A stretch of 63,270 nucleotides of DNA, filler included, from Octopus bimaculoides (taxonomy: Eukaryota), in the NCBI RefSeq assembly GCF_001194135.2. It is 4 parts of 4 records of this genome, joined end to end, with 100 filler letters (N's around TTAATTAATTAA, not from the genome) between each part and the next. Parts side by side here need not be neighbours in the genome. Positions count along the whole stretch, not along the records: positions 41,915 to 53,887 come from NC_069007.1; positions 53,988 to 63,270 come from NC_069004.1; 2 more parts are not named here. One strand, 5' to 3'. How positions within the stretch are numbered: the stretch's first letter is position 1; every line of letters starts with the position of its first letter. The notes beneath the pieces are model-generated. The model searched no databases, had not been told where the DNA came from, and worked only from the letters and a program-made list of their open reading frames with translations. The translations under genes were made by a program, and so were the position numbers. This document shows, piece after piece, positions 53,353 through 63,270 of this stretch.

Positions 53353-53634
53353 ACACACACTACCATACACACACAGTATCACACACATACCACTACCACT
53401 ATACGCCCCCCCACACATACACACAGATACGAGCCATTCTTCACAGTCTCCTGTCCCACAAAGCACTTTCTCTTTGTCCATCTACTTCCGTTTAGTACTG
53501 TTACTATGTGAATTTCTTTCTGACATTTAAAACCAGCTACTTTAGCTTGTTGCAAGATCAGCGACTGATAATTGCATCTTTGTTTATATATTGCGAGCAA
53601 GGACTACTAGCTGCCATCTCTAGCAGGAAAACGT

Positions 53635-53677
53635 CCACTACTGAGGACAAGAGGGCACCCAGAAACCGGTCAACTGG
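53635..53677 (+). ncRNA. Degenerate hammerhead-like motif
   Basis: CCACTA-CTGAGGA-caagaGGGcaCCCa-GAAA-CCG-GTC-AACTGG, with palindromic ACCGGT stem III. Stems I and II are imperfect. Confidence 0.45.
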
Positions 53678-53852
53678 TTTTGCTTTCCTGGAGCGGGAGT
53701 GGTTCGCTCCCTTGCTCACAATAAAACAGACACAGGTCTTGTGTCATTATACAGCGGGAAAAGATGTATTCATGGGGTTAAAATATAGTAACATTTGTTC
53801 TGCATAGAACAGTCACGTAAAAGTGGTAACAGTCTTTGGTCTTTATTGTATG

Positions 53853-53887
<35 letters not shown>

Positions 53888-53987
53888 NNNNNNNNNNNNN
53901 NNNNNNNNNNNNNNNNNNNNNNNNNNNNNNNTTAATTAATTAANNNNNNNNNNNNNNNNNNNNNNNNNNNNNNNNNNNNNNNNNNNN
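53888..53987. other. Synthetic scaffold join 44N-TTAATTAATTAA-44N
   Basis: 12-mer at 53932-53943. Confidence 0.95.
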
Positions 53988-54033
<46 letters not shown>

Positions 54034-54114
54034 CTGTGTATGCGTATACACACATATACATATATACGCATATGTAGATAGTTAGATAAATAAATAGATA
54101 GATAGATAGATAAT

Positions 54115-54184
<70 letters not shown>

Positions 54185-54303
54185 TAAATTTCGATAAACG
54201 ATCTATATCGATACATCTGTGTGCTGAAATTATACATACATTGAGTTATTCACATAATACTGCGGAATGCATATATAGGCTGTATGTTATACAATTGTGT
54301 GAC

Positions 54304-54353
<50 letters not shown>

Positions 54354-54916
54354 TGTGTACTGACACATAATTAATCTAGCAAATTTACATACAATGTCTA
54401 TCATAAACGTACTACACACACACACATACGTATACATAGATACATTCTTCAATGCCACATAATTGTATGAGAAATGTACCCTTTTCACTTATACGTGTGT
54501 GTGTGTGTGTGTGTGTGTGTTGAATAATATCGCAATGTGTGGTCGATATTTGACGTAGTTCCTAAGACGTTACCACAAAACGTTGTAACATCGTTTGCGG
54601 AGGGACGAATGCATTAGCTGACCTCAACCGGATTAGAACCTCCGAATGCAAAATGTCGAAAAGAAATACCGTATTGCATCTCTTCCGCCGCTACAATAAT
54701 TCTCTTTGCTCGTCGACAGTTTAAAAGTTACAACTAATAAAATTCCCATAACTGCAAATGTGATAAACAGACTGCATAATAGTTCAAGAAATACAGAACG
54801 CTTCATAACGGCATCTCGAGAGAGAAGTCAATTGTTTCTATTCTGTACCACGTTTCATTTCTCTTATACATATATGACAAATGAGAAGAGTATAGCAAGA
54901 AATATAAGACAAATAG

Positions 54917-55110
54917 TCTTTTCTATTCTAGGCACAAGGCCCGGAATTTTGAGGGAGGGGGCCAGTCGATTTGTCGACCCCACTACGCAACTGGTACTTA
55001 ATTTATCGATCCCGAATAGATGAAAGGCAAAGCCGACCTCGGTGGAGTTTGAACTCAAAACTTAGAGACAGACGAAATACCGCTAAGCATTTCGCCCGGC
55101 GTGTTAACGC
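54917..55110 (-). mobile_element. SINE family A, 5'-truncated
   Basis: Reverse complement of the core and the gtgcctagaatagaaaag tail. Confidence 0.8.
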
Positions 55111-55357
55111 TTCTTATTTCTTTATTGCCCACAAGGGGCTACACACAGAGAGGACAAACAAGGACAGACAAAGTGATTAAGTCGATTATATCGACCCCAG
55201 TGCGTANNNNNNNNNNGACAAACAAGGACAGACAAAGTGATTAAGTCGATTATATCGACCCCAGTGCGTAACTGGTACTTATTTAATCGACCCCGAAAGG
55301 ATGAAAGGCAAAGTCGACCTCGGCGGAATTTGAACTCAGAAGGTAACGGCAGACGAA
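55111..55357 (-). mobile_element. SINE family A (aataaagaaataa subtype), 5'-truncated, abutting the previous copy
   Basis: Reverse complement of the 2295-type copy. Contains a 54-bp assembly overlap around a 10-N gap. Confidence 0.8.
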
Positions 55358-55361
55358 TCTA

Positions 55362-55665
55362 GTTATTCACTAGTTACATAGTAAAACAAATCTTTTCTTT
55401 GCTGCATAGCAGACCGAATCTACCTATTCAATGATTACATAGACGAAATCTTTCTATTCACTAGTTACATAGTAGAACAAATCTTTTCTTTGCTGCATAG
55501 CAGACCGAATCTACCTATTCAATGATTACATAGACGAAATCTTTCTATTCACTGGTTACATAGTAGAACAAATCTATTCACCGGTTACAAACTAGAACAA
55601 ATTTCTCTGTTCACTGGTTACATAGAAGAATGAACCTCTCTATTCACTTGTTACATAATAAAACA
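55362..55665. repeat. About 30-bp satellite with a 91-bp higher-order duplication
   Basis: tattcact[a/g]gttacatagta starts at 55364, 55455 and 55546. Degenerate ~30-bp monomers follow. Confidence 0.85.
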
Positions 55666-56101
55666 AACTTGATTTTTAATGATACCATAGTAGAACACAC
55701 CTAATCGAAATTCTCTCATTTGAACCTGAGGGTTGTTCAGCGTCCCCTTATCTCTCTTCCTTTCACTTTCACTTTCACTTTCACTTTCGTCTGCTATCCN
55801 NNNNNNNNNNNNNNNNNNNNNNNNNNNNNNNNNNNNNNNNNNNNNNNNNNNNNNNNNNNNNNNNNNNNNNNNNNNNNNNNNNNNNNNNNNNNNNNNNNNN
55901 NNNNNNNNNNNNNNNNNNNNNNNNNNNNNNNNNNNNNNNNNNNNNNNNNNNNNNNNNNNNNNNNNNNNNNNNNNNNNNNNNNNNNNNNNNNNNNNNNNNN
56001 NNNNNNNNNNNNNNNNNNNNNNNNNNNNNNNNNNNNNNNNNNNNNNNNNNNNNNNNNNNNNNNNNNNNNNNNNNNNNNNNNNNNNNNNNNNNNNNNNNNN
56101 N

Positions 56102-56178
<77 letters not shown>

Positions 56179-56271
56179 GTTGTTGTTGTTGTTGTTGTTA
56201 TCATCATCATCGTCATCATCATCGTCGTCGTCATCGTCTTCTTCTTCATTTTCCTCTTATTCTTCATCACT

Positions 56272-56308
<37 letters not shown>

Positions 56309-56352
56309 CCACCACCACCGCCACCGCCACCACCACCTCCACCACCACCACC
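56102..56352. repeat. Compound trinucleotide microsatellite (ATT-GTT-ATC-ACC)
   Basis: Direct reading of the sequence. Confidence 0.9.
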
Positions 56353-56807
56353 TTGTGTGTGTTTTAGTATCGTTATGTCCATCATGATTACTGAAGAGAG
56401 ACCTGTCAAGTTTGCTTTATCAAACGTGTATTGGAATATCTGTGGACCAAATACAAACACACATCAGTACGTCACAGTTTTAATTTATGAATCAATGAGG
56501 AAATAGGCTCCATTTCTTTTCTTTTTTTTTCTTCTTTTCTTTTCTTATTTTTCTTTTTCATTTTTGTAATTTTGTTTGTTTTTAAACAGAGTTTCATTAA
56601 GTATTCTATGCGTGTTTCTCAATTTGGCAAGCAGGCTGCATCGTTCCTCTAAAAGACAAATTAATATTCTACTTATTCTAAAGGAATAATCGATATTAAC
56701 CAGTTAAATGAAGAAACAAAATCTTCTACAGTTTCATAACCTCGTCTACAAACAAAACGTAACACATACTGGAGAATATGAATGAAGTAATTCAGGAAGT
56801 ACCTATA

Positions 56808-56883
<76 letters not shown>

Positions 56884-56885
<2 letters not shown>

Positions 56886-57078
56886 CGGTGAGCTGACACA
56901 ATCGTTAGCACGCCAGGTAAAATGCTTAGTTGCGTTTCGTTCCGTCTTTGCGCCGAGGTCGACTTTGCCAGTCATCCTTTCGGGGTCGATAAATTAAGTA
57001 ACCATTTGCGTACTGGAGTCGATCTAACCGACTTCCCCCCCTCCCCCAAAATTTCGGACCCTGTGCCTACAGTAAATA
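56884..57078 (+). mobile_element. SINE family A
   Basis: Full head and core between two (ATT)n arrays. Confidence 0.85.
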
Positions 57079-57090
57079 TTATTATTATTA

Positions 57091-57148
<58 letters not shown>

Positions 57149-57599
57149 AAGTGGGACCCGTGGAAATTCCATGGAATGGAAAAAATTAAAGGGATTTATT
57201 TAAGAAAGAAATGATAATTTGCATTTTTGTAGCGTTCATTGTTTAGCTTTCTTTACATATTCTTCACGTTTGTCTACATTCATTTTCTCACTTCTCCGTT
57301 GGGGCTGTTTTTGCCTCTTTTTATTATATCTTCTCGCTGTTCCTCTCTGATCCGTGTTCTATATCTGCGCATCCTTCGGGCAGCTTCGAACCGTGTTTCT
57401 TCTGAATCCAGAGTTTAGGCTAAATTAACCCTTATAAACAAATATCAAATTTTTTTAAGTGAGCAGACGATAAATAATATCAATTTTTTTAAGTGAGCAG
57501 ACGATAAATAATTGCATTTATGCGTCAAGCGATGGACGCTATTATAATAATTAGTTCAATAAAAAAAATATATACTTTTCACTATCAAAACGTAGCCTT

Positions 57600-57750
57600 A
57601 TCGTAGTTCTCAGGGAGATTCAGCGTGACACAAAATGTGACAAGGTTTGAAAAAATACGTCTATCTGAAAGACACAACACGACACCAAGAACCGAACTCA
57701 CGACCTTACGATCGTAAACCGGGTCCCCTATCCACTAAGCTACGCACGTG
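57600..57750 (-). mobile_element. SINE family E, decayed fragment
   Basis: gtagttctcagggagattcagcgtgacaca and ccgaactcacgacct.acgatcg. Confidence 0.5.
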
Positions 57751-57803
57751 TCGTGAATGCGTGCAGGTGCCTAATATATTTAAGTGTGAAGAAAATTCAA
57801 ATA

Positions 57804-58520
57804 AGCGCAGGTGTAGTTGTGTGGTAAGAAGCCTGCTTGCTAACCGCATGCTTCTGGATTCAGTCCCACTGTGCGGCGCCTTCGGTAAGTCTCTTCTAAT
57901 AGAGCCTCGGGCCGACCAGAACCTTGTGAGTGGATTTGGTAGACGGAAACTGAGAGAAGCCCGTCATATATAATTTTGATTTTTTATAAATTGATTTTAA
58001 TTGAGTTTTTACCTGTAATTTTGGATTTTGTCCCTATTATTATTATCATTATATATATATATATATCGGAGTAAGCACATGAAATGTACAACAAGGTGGA
58101 AAAAAGAGTACTCAAATACCAGAGGTAGAGTAATATGCTGTATTTAAAAGCAGCAGAAATATAACAAAAAAACCGTTACTCTGAGTTTCACGTTCCCGGG
58201 AACGTGAAACTCAGAGTAACGTTTTNNNNNNNNNNNNNNNNNNNNNNNNNNNNNNNNNNNNNNNNNNNNNNNNNNNTATTTATGTACGTGTGTTTTTGTG
58301 TCTGTGTTTGTCCCCCCACCATTGCTTGACAACCGATGCTGGTGTGTTTATGTCTCCGTGACTTAGCAGTTCAGCAAAAGAGACTCCACAGAATAAGTAC
58401 CAGGCTTGCAAAGAATAAGTCCTGGGGGCGATTTCTTCGACTAAAATCCCATTAAGGCGGTACTCCAGCATGGCCGCAGTCAAATGACTGAAGCGTGTAA
58501 AATAGTAAAAGAGTAAAGGA
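57804..58520 (+). mobile_element. SINE family B with an unrelated insertion in its internal (TA)n
   Basis: Head 57804-57968 and tail about 58276-58520, with about 300 bp between them including a 48-bp palindrome. Confidence 0.7.
58174..58221. repeat. Perfect 48-bp palindrome next to a gap
   Basis: cgttactctgagtttcacgttccc|gggaacgtgaaactcagagtaacg. Confidence 0.9.
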
Positions 58521-59628
58521 AATAACCAACGATGCGGGAAGGTATAGAGAAATTTACATCAGATTCGAGACGGGAACTGAATAACGACAGACGGCATAAA
58601 CCTATCTGTAAAGGAATCTCGCGTGTCGCATCGCAACCTTCATGAATGCTGTCAGAAAAAAATTTGAGCAAAAAAAACTGTAGAACGACACATTAATACA
58701 GAAACAAAATGGCGAATGTTTGCAACGAAATAATTTAATTCAATAAAATAAATAGTTGAAACGGACAACGTATAAACAAACTTCAATACGAATGTTTAAG
58801 AGTAAATATTGTACAAACATAACGGACAGACATATTGTATTGCACATGGCAGAATGAAGTAAAAAATATATATATATTAATTTTTTTTTTTATACGGGAG
58901 CAAGTCAAATGTAGAACGGAGTACTTTTGGTGAAATTCAATGCAGACATTTCATACAATACAGACAAAAGTTTGCTTTCTTGTTTAAGAGAGCTCTATAG
59001 CAGTTTTATTATATTATATAGTCAAAGGTTTTTTTTATTTTGTGTTTTTCTTTTCATTTAAAGAGAGTTGTATGACAATTGTATTACAGAGGACAATCAG
59101 ACGTTTGTTATTAAATTTCAAGGGAGCTGAGTATTGGAGAAAGAAAAAAGAAAATCTGGAATTTTAGTTTAGTCGAAAAGATCGCTTCGCAACTATGTGA
59201 ATACAAGTTCAGTCCGTTCCGCAGTGGGAGTTCTTTTTGTTTTGTGAGTGAATTCAGTTGACGGAAATTTTGTGGAAGCCTGTCGTATATATATATATAT
59301 GCATATATATCTGTAATATAATATGTGACTACTATTCGGTTGCCATAATAAATTTCCAAGTTTCGGATGTGGGGCGGAAACCTGCACCGGCATCTCTTCA
59401 GATAGCGAGGTAATCAAAATATATTATATATATATATATATATCGTTTCTGGATTTGGTTTGCAAGATTCTATATTTCCAAGATTCTATATGTGAAGAGC
59501 ATTGTGACCAGCGATGTATAACAATAACTGTTAGTCTGGTCGATACAATGGTAACTATACACACTCTCGACTTGAGCTCTTGAATGATTATTCAACGCAA
59601 GAGAAAATTAGTAAGTATCTTTTGTCCT

Positions 59629-59848
59629 TTAGGTACTCCCTGGGCATTAGGTAACCCCTGAACATTAGGTACCCCCTGGACATTAGGTATGCCCTGGACA
59701 TTAGGTATGCTCTGGACATTAGGTATGCCTTGGACATTAGGTACACCATGGTCATTAGATAATCCCTGGGTATTAGGCAACCCTTGAACATTAGGTACCT
59801 CCTAAATATTAGGCACCCCTTGGAGATTAGGTACGCACTGGACATTAC
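59629..59848. repeat. 18-bp minisatellite, about 12 units
   Basis: Consensus ccctggacattaggtatg, with an almost invariant attagg core. Confidence 0.9.
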
Positions 59849-59984
59849 TGTCTGGAGTCCTATAACTTATACGGACGCTTACCTGGCTTCTATGGCGTAT
59901 ACGTAACTTAAATCCCAAAATCCCCCTCCCCTAAACAGGTGTTATTCATTTGCATTGTCGCAGGTTTATTCAATGACAGTATAG

Positions 59985-60105
59985 TAAACTGGAATAATGT
60001 GAAATGAAGTGTTTTGCTCAAGAACACAAAGCAATGTCAGGTTAGGTAATCGATCCCACCATCTTGCGATCGCGAGTACAGCACGCTACTTACTAGACCA
60101 AGCGC
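59985..60105 (-). mobile_element. SINE family E-like head fragment
   Basis: gtgaaatgaagtgttttgctcaagaacaca...atcgatccca.catcttgcgatcg. Confidence 0.5.
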
Positions 60106-60539
60106 TTTCGTGCACAGAATGTAAATAGGTAATTTTCTCTACAAGATATGATTATTTCCCTCTTTATGTGCCAGGATTCGATCTTGGCATCGTAAGCCAT
60201 CAAATACAGATAATTTGATTGATTAATTCTAAAAGAGAAACTAATTTACTTCGACACGCAAATAGATCTATCAATGATTGGCTGAATTAATTACTAGCAG
60301 AATGATTGTGATAAGATGTATCTTATGTAAAATCATTTCAACTAGAGGGAGTCACCCGTGGAAATTCCACGTTTGGTAAATGATCTTGTTTCTATTTTTG
60401 ATTCATTCGTTTATAGATTTTCCTGATTATGTTTCATTCTGATAAATATCTTGATTGTGTCTCCGGTTTTGTTCTATATTTAAGCTTGTTGCAAGTATAA
60501 CATTCAATGTTGTTTCATTACGTTAAGTAAATGATAAAA

Positions 60540-60705
60540 GGCGGTGAGCTGGCAGACTCGTTAGCACGTCGGACGAAATGCTTAGCGGTATTTCGTCTGC
60601 CGTTACGTTCTGAGTTCAAATTCCGTCGAGGTCGATTTTCCCTTTCATCCTTTCGGAGTCGATAAATTAAGTACTAGTCGCGTACTGGGGTAGATCTAAT
60701 CGACT
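60540..60705 (+). mobile_element. SINE family A, interrupted by a family B element
   Basis: Intact head and core, breaking at ...ctaatcgacta. Confidence 0.85.
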
Positions 60706-61330
60706 ACTGTGTGGTAAGTAGCTTGCTTACCAGCCACATGGTTCAGGGTTCAGTGCCACTGCGTGGCACTTTGGGCAAGTGCCTTCTACTATAGCCAGGG
60801 GCCGACGAAAGCCTTGTGAGTGGATTTGGTACGCGGAAACTGAAAGAAGCCCGTCGTATTTTCCATGATAGATCGCTAGCCACTACACATTCTTTATTTT
60901 CTGTCCTTGTTTCTTTCTGTGTTCCTTTCTGTGGAAGTGCGTAGAATCGAAATGTTAAAGACTTCTTCACTTCCCGAACGTTGAACTAATACATCTGTTT
61001 GTTGTCTACACCACCTGTCTTCGACATTTGTTTTGTGAATTCTCCCTATATGTATACATTTATGTGTGTGTGAGTATATGTTTGTGTGTCTGTGCTTGTC
61101 CCCCCCCCCCNNNNNNNNNNNNNNNNNNNNNNNNNNNNNNNNNNNNNNNNNNNNNNNNNNNNNNNNNNNNNNNNNNNNNNNNNNNNNNNNNNNNNNNNNN
61201 NNNNNNNNNNNNNNNNNNNNNNAAGTACTAGGCTTACAAAGAATAAGTCCTGGGGTCGATTTGCTTGACTAAAGGCGATGCTCCAGCATGGCCACAGTCA
61301 AATGACTGAAACAAGTAAAAGAAGAAAAGA
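60706..61330 (+). mobile_element. SINE family B nested in SINE A, itself carrying an internal insertion
   Basis: Head about 60708-60860, insert about 60865-61045, tail about 61060-61330. Confidence 0.7.
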
Positions 61331-61389
61331 CTAATAATAGCATCGAAAAATACCTTAGGAATGAAAACCCAGGTTCGAAATTTCCCCAA

Positions 61390-61436
61390 GACACCTAATG
61401 AAGGCTTAGAAGGTATATCAGCCGAAACGTTGAGTT
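61390..61436 (+). ncRNA. Hammerhead-like motif with core mutation, probably in a Penelope-like terminal repeat
   Basis: GACAC-CTAATGA-A-GGCT..13 nt..AGCC-GAAA-CG-TT-GAGTT. Stem II is GGCT/AGCC, stem III is the palindrome AACGTT, and CUGAUGA is altered to CUAAUGA. Confidence 0.5.
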
Positions 61437-61946
61437 AACAACAAACAAGATGAGGACAAATATCCGTCAAATATAAATAATGTAAATAATTTATAAAATT
61501 TATAAATTTCGTACCATAGATAACTCAGTGGAAAGCGTAACACTCATATAGTTCTTTCTACTAAAGCATAAAAAACGCTGCTGAAGTAGAAACTCACAAT
61601 GTCGCTGGGGGAGGTTGTGTTGGTTTACTGATGCTGTTGTTGTGCTGTTGAATGAAAATGTGTTTCTTGAGCTGCGCAAAGAAATAACTGACAAACACCA
61701 GCGAACAATTAACAGAAGGTTATATTACTACACAGTGATTTCTATGTCTGTTTTTTTTTCTTACCAGTACTAACAGCGATAATTTTTATAGAGGGAGAAA
61801 CATACTACTTTGGTTATACAAGTTAACTGATATAACATTCTGTAGCTGACCCATCACGACTGGAAAATAATTGCACGGTATTTATGGCGACGAAAATTCT
61901 TGTCTGATAGGATTTTTTTTCCTATCAGAAACTAAAGCAGGATCTT

Positions 61947-62048
61947 AATGTAATTCTATAATCGTAAATGTAATTCTATAATCGTAAATGTAATTCTATA
62001 ATCGTAAATGTAATTCTATAATCGTAAATGTAATTCTATAATCGTAAT
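61947..62048. repeat. 20-bp minisatellite (taattctataatcgtaaatg), about 5 copies
   Basis: Direct reading of the sequence. Confidence 0.95.
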
Positions 62049-62394
62049 CCTCTAATTCGTAAATGTACTGTATTTTAATGGGTACAAGGAAATCTTTTTT
62101 TGTCAAAAATTGGGTTAAAAAATATGGGAGTTTCTTATACATGGACAGTATTATAATCCCTTATAAAACCTTTTTGTCCAAATTTAAGCCCCCAAAATTA
62201 GGGGGGACCTTATATAAGTTAAACTACGATCATTCTCTAATCATGCCTATCTAAACAAGACAAACAACGACAATCTACGATTCGGACTTATTCTATCGGA
62301 ATAAGAAACAATTAAATAGCACACATCAATACATTAGACTCATAAACACACGCATCCGTACAGACAGGGCACATCCAATACAATAAAAGTTACG

Positions 62395-62760
62395 GTATGG
62401 CTGTGTGGTAAGAAGCTTGCATCCCTACAAGATGGTTCCGGGTTCAGTCCCACTTGAGCAAGTGTCTTCTTCTATAGTCTCGGGACGATCAAAACCTTGT
62501 GAATAAACCCGTCTTGTAGATAAACACAGACATGACAGAAGTAAATAGATGCCCCGTAAAACATTGTTTTATGTTTATTTTAACTTGTAATGGTTGATAT
62601 TTTTTTATTAATTGACATTTTTATGTTTCAGGTTCTATATGTGACTGTTTAATCATGCCACGTACAAAAGAAGCCTTGGAACTGTTCAAGGTAATGCCCC
62701 AGCATGGCTGCAGTCAAATGACTGAAACATGTAAAAAGAGTAAAAAAGAATTAAAAGAAC
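62395..62760 (+). mobile_element. SINE family B, decayed (head about 62395-62510, tail about 62660-62760)
   Basis: tggctgtgtggtaagaagcttg head and ccccagcatggctgcagtcaaatgactgaaac tail. Confidence 0.65.
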
Positions 62761-63215
62761 AGTTACATACGTTGTTCTTCATGAAAGTATTAAACTTCAT
62801 ACCTTTCGCGGCACTGCCGGTCATTCGGAGCTCGTACGATATTAGCAGAACAACAAGAAATTACTCGCCATTGAAACGAATTCTTTCTTTCCCTTACAGT
62901 AATTCGACCTCCTAAATACCTGAGTTTGAGGTGCAGAGCTAAGTGTTAAACGTGAAAGACATTTCCACTTCATTTATATTCAATCAATTAACGTCAGACT
63001 ACGTAATTATACCTTGTTTTGTTTTTTAACTGCGCCCGCCGAAATCATCTCGTCAAGAATGTTAAACACTCCCACCAACACACTTATATATATGTATGTG
63101 TGTGTGTGTGGGGGGGTATGTATGGGGATATATGTGTGTGTATATGTGTATATGTTTGTACACTGATGAACAGATATATTCGCAGACACATACATACAGA
63201 GATATCTACCGATAA

Positions 63216-63270
<55 letters not shown>

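Noticed and set aside
55153-55270. 54-bp direct repeat either side of a 10-N gap
   Set aside because: Same overlap artefact, inside a SINE A.
59352-59405. Minus-strand CTGAAGA-GATG...CATCC-GAAAC-TTGGAA hammerhead-like remnant
   Set aside because: No matching stem I and a degenerate cleavage triplet, so too decayed to support.
59588-59845. Open YLMSRA-repeat frame suggesting a reflectin-like Met/Tyr/Arg protein
   Set aside because: Lacks the reflectin M/FD(X)5MD(X)5MD motif. Unit changes are mostly non-synonymous in this frame, and openness follows from the 18-bp period.
51627-62048. Short regular repeats (15, 18, 20 bp) as CRISPR-like arrays
   Set aside because: Units are contiguous with no unique spacers, the context is eukaryotic and no cas genes are present.
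11214-63269. Long ORFs of 100-450 aa in the ORF track (poly-X, YIYI, CVCV, poly-I/L/N)
   Set aside because: They are read-throughs of N gaps and di- or trinucleotide repeats with no coding signal.

Overview
AT-rich, repeat-dense eukaryotic genomic DNA with roughly 6 kb of N gaps. The tRNA-derived SINE families, heavy (TA)n/(CA)n/(TAA)n load and assembly style point to an octopus (coleoid cephalopod) assembly; this is inference and was not searched. The only supportable host coding sequence is two in-frame + strand exons (48591-48639, 49637-49823) encoding the N-terminal NBD (Walker A to just past the Q-loop) of a white/scarlet-like ABCG half-transporter. Its other exons are not recognisable in the window. 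The rest is intergenic or intronic: four SINE families with shared modules, fragments of R4/Dong-like, L1/Tx1-like and RTE-like LINEs, fold-back/MITE elements, mini- and microsatellites, and three synthetic 44N-TTAATTAATTAA-44N scaffold joins. The most notable unannotated signal is a set of minimal type-I hammerhead-ribozyme motifs from several unrelated repeat families. One (47509-47552, minus strand) has a complete catalytic core; the others are decayed or truncated. Hammerheads are known from Penelope-like elements and retrozymes, so any novelty would lie in these particular families. Nearly all other ORFs in the track are microsatellite or N-run artefacts. No CRISPR array, rRNA or true tRNA gene is supported.
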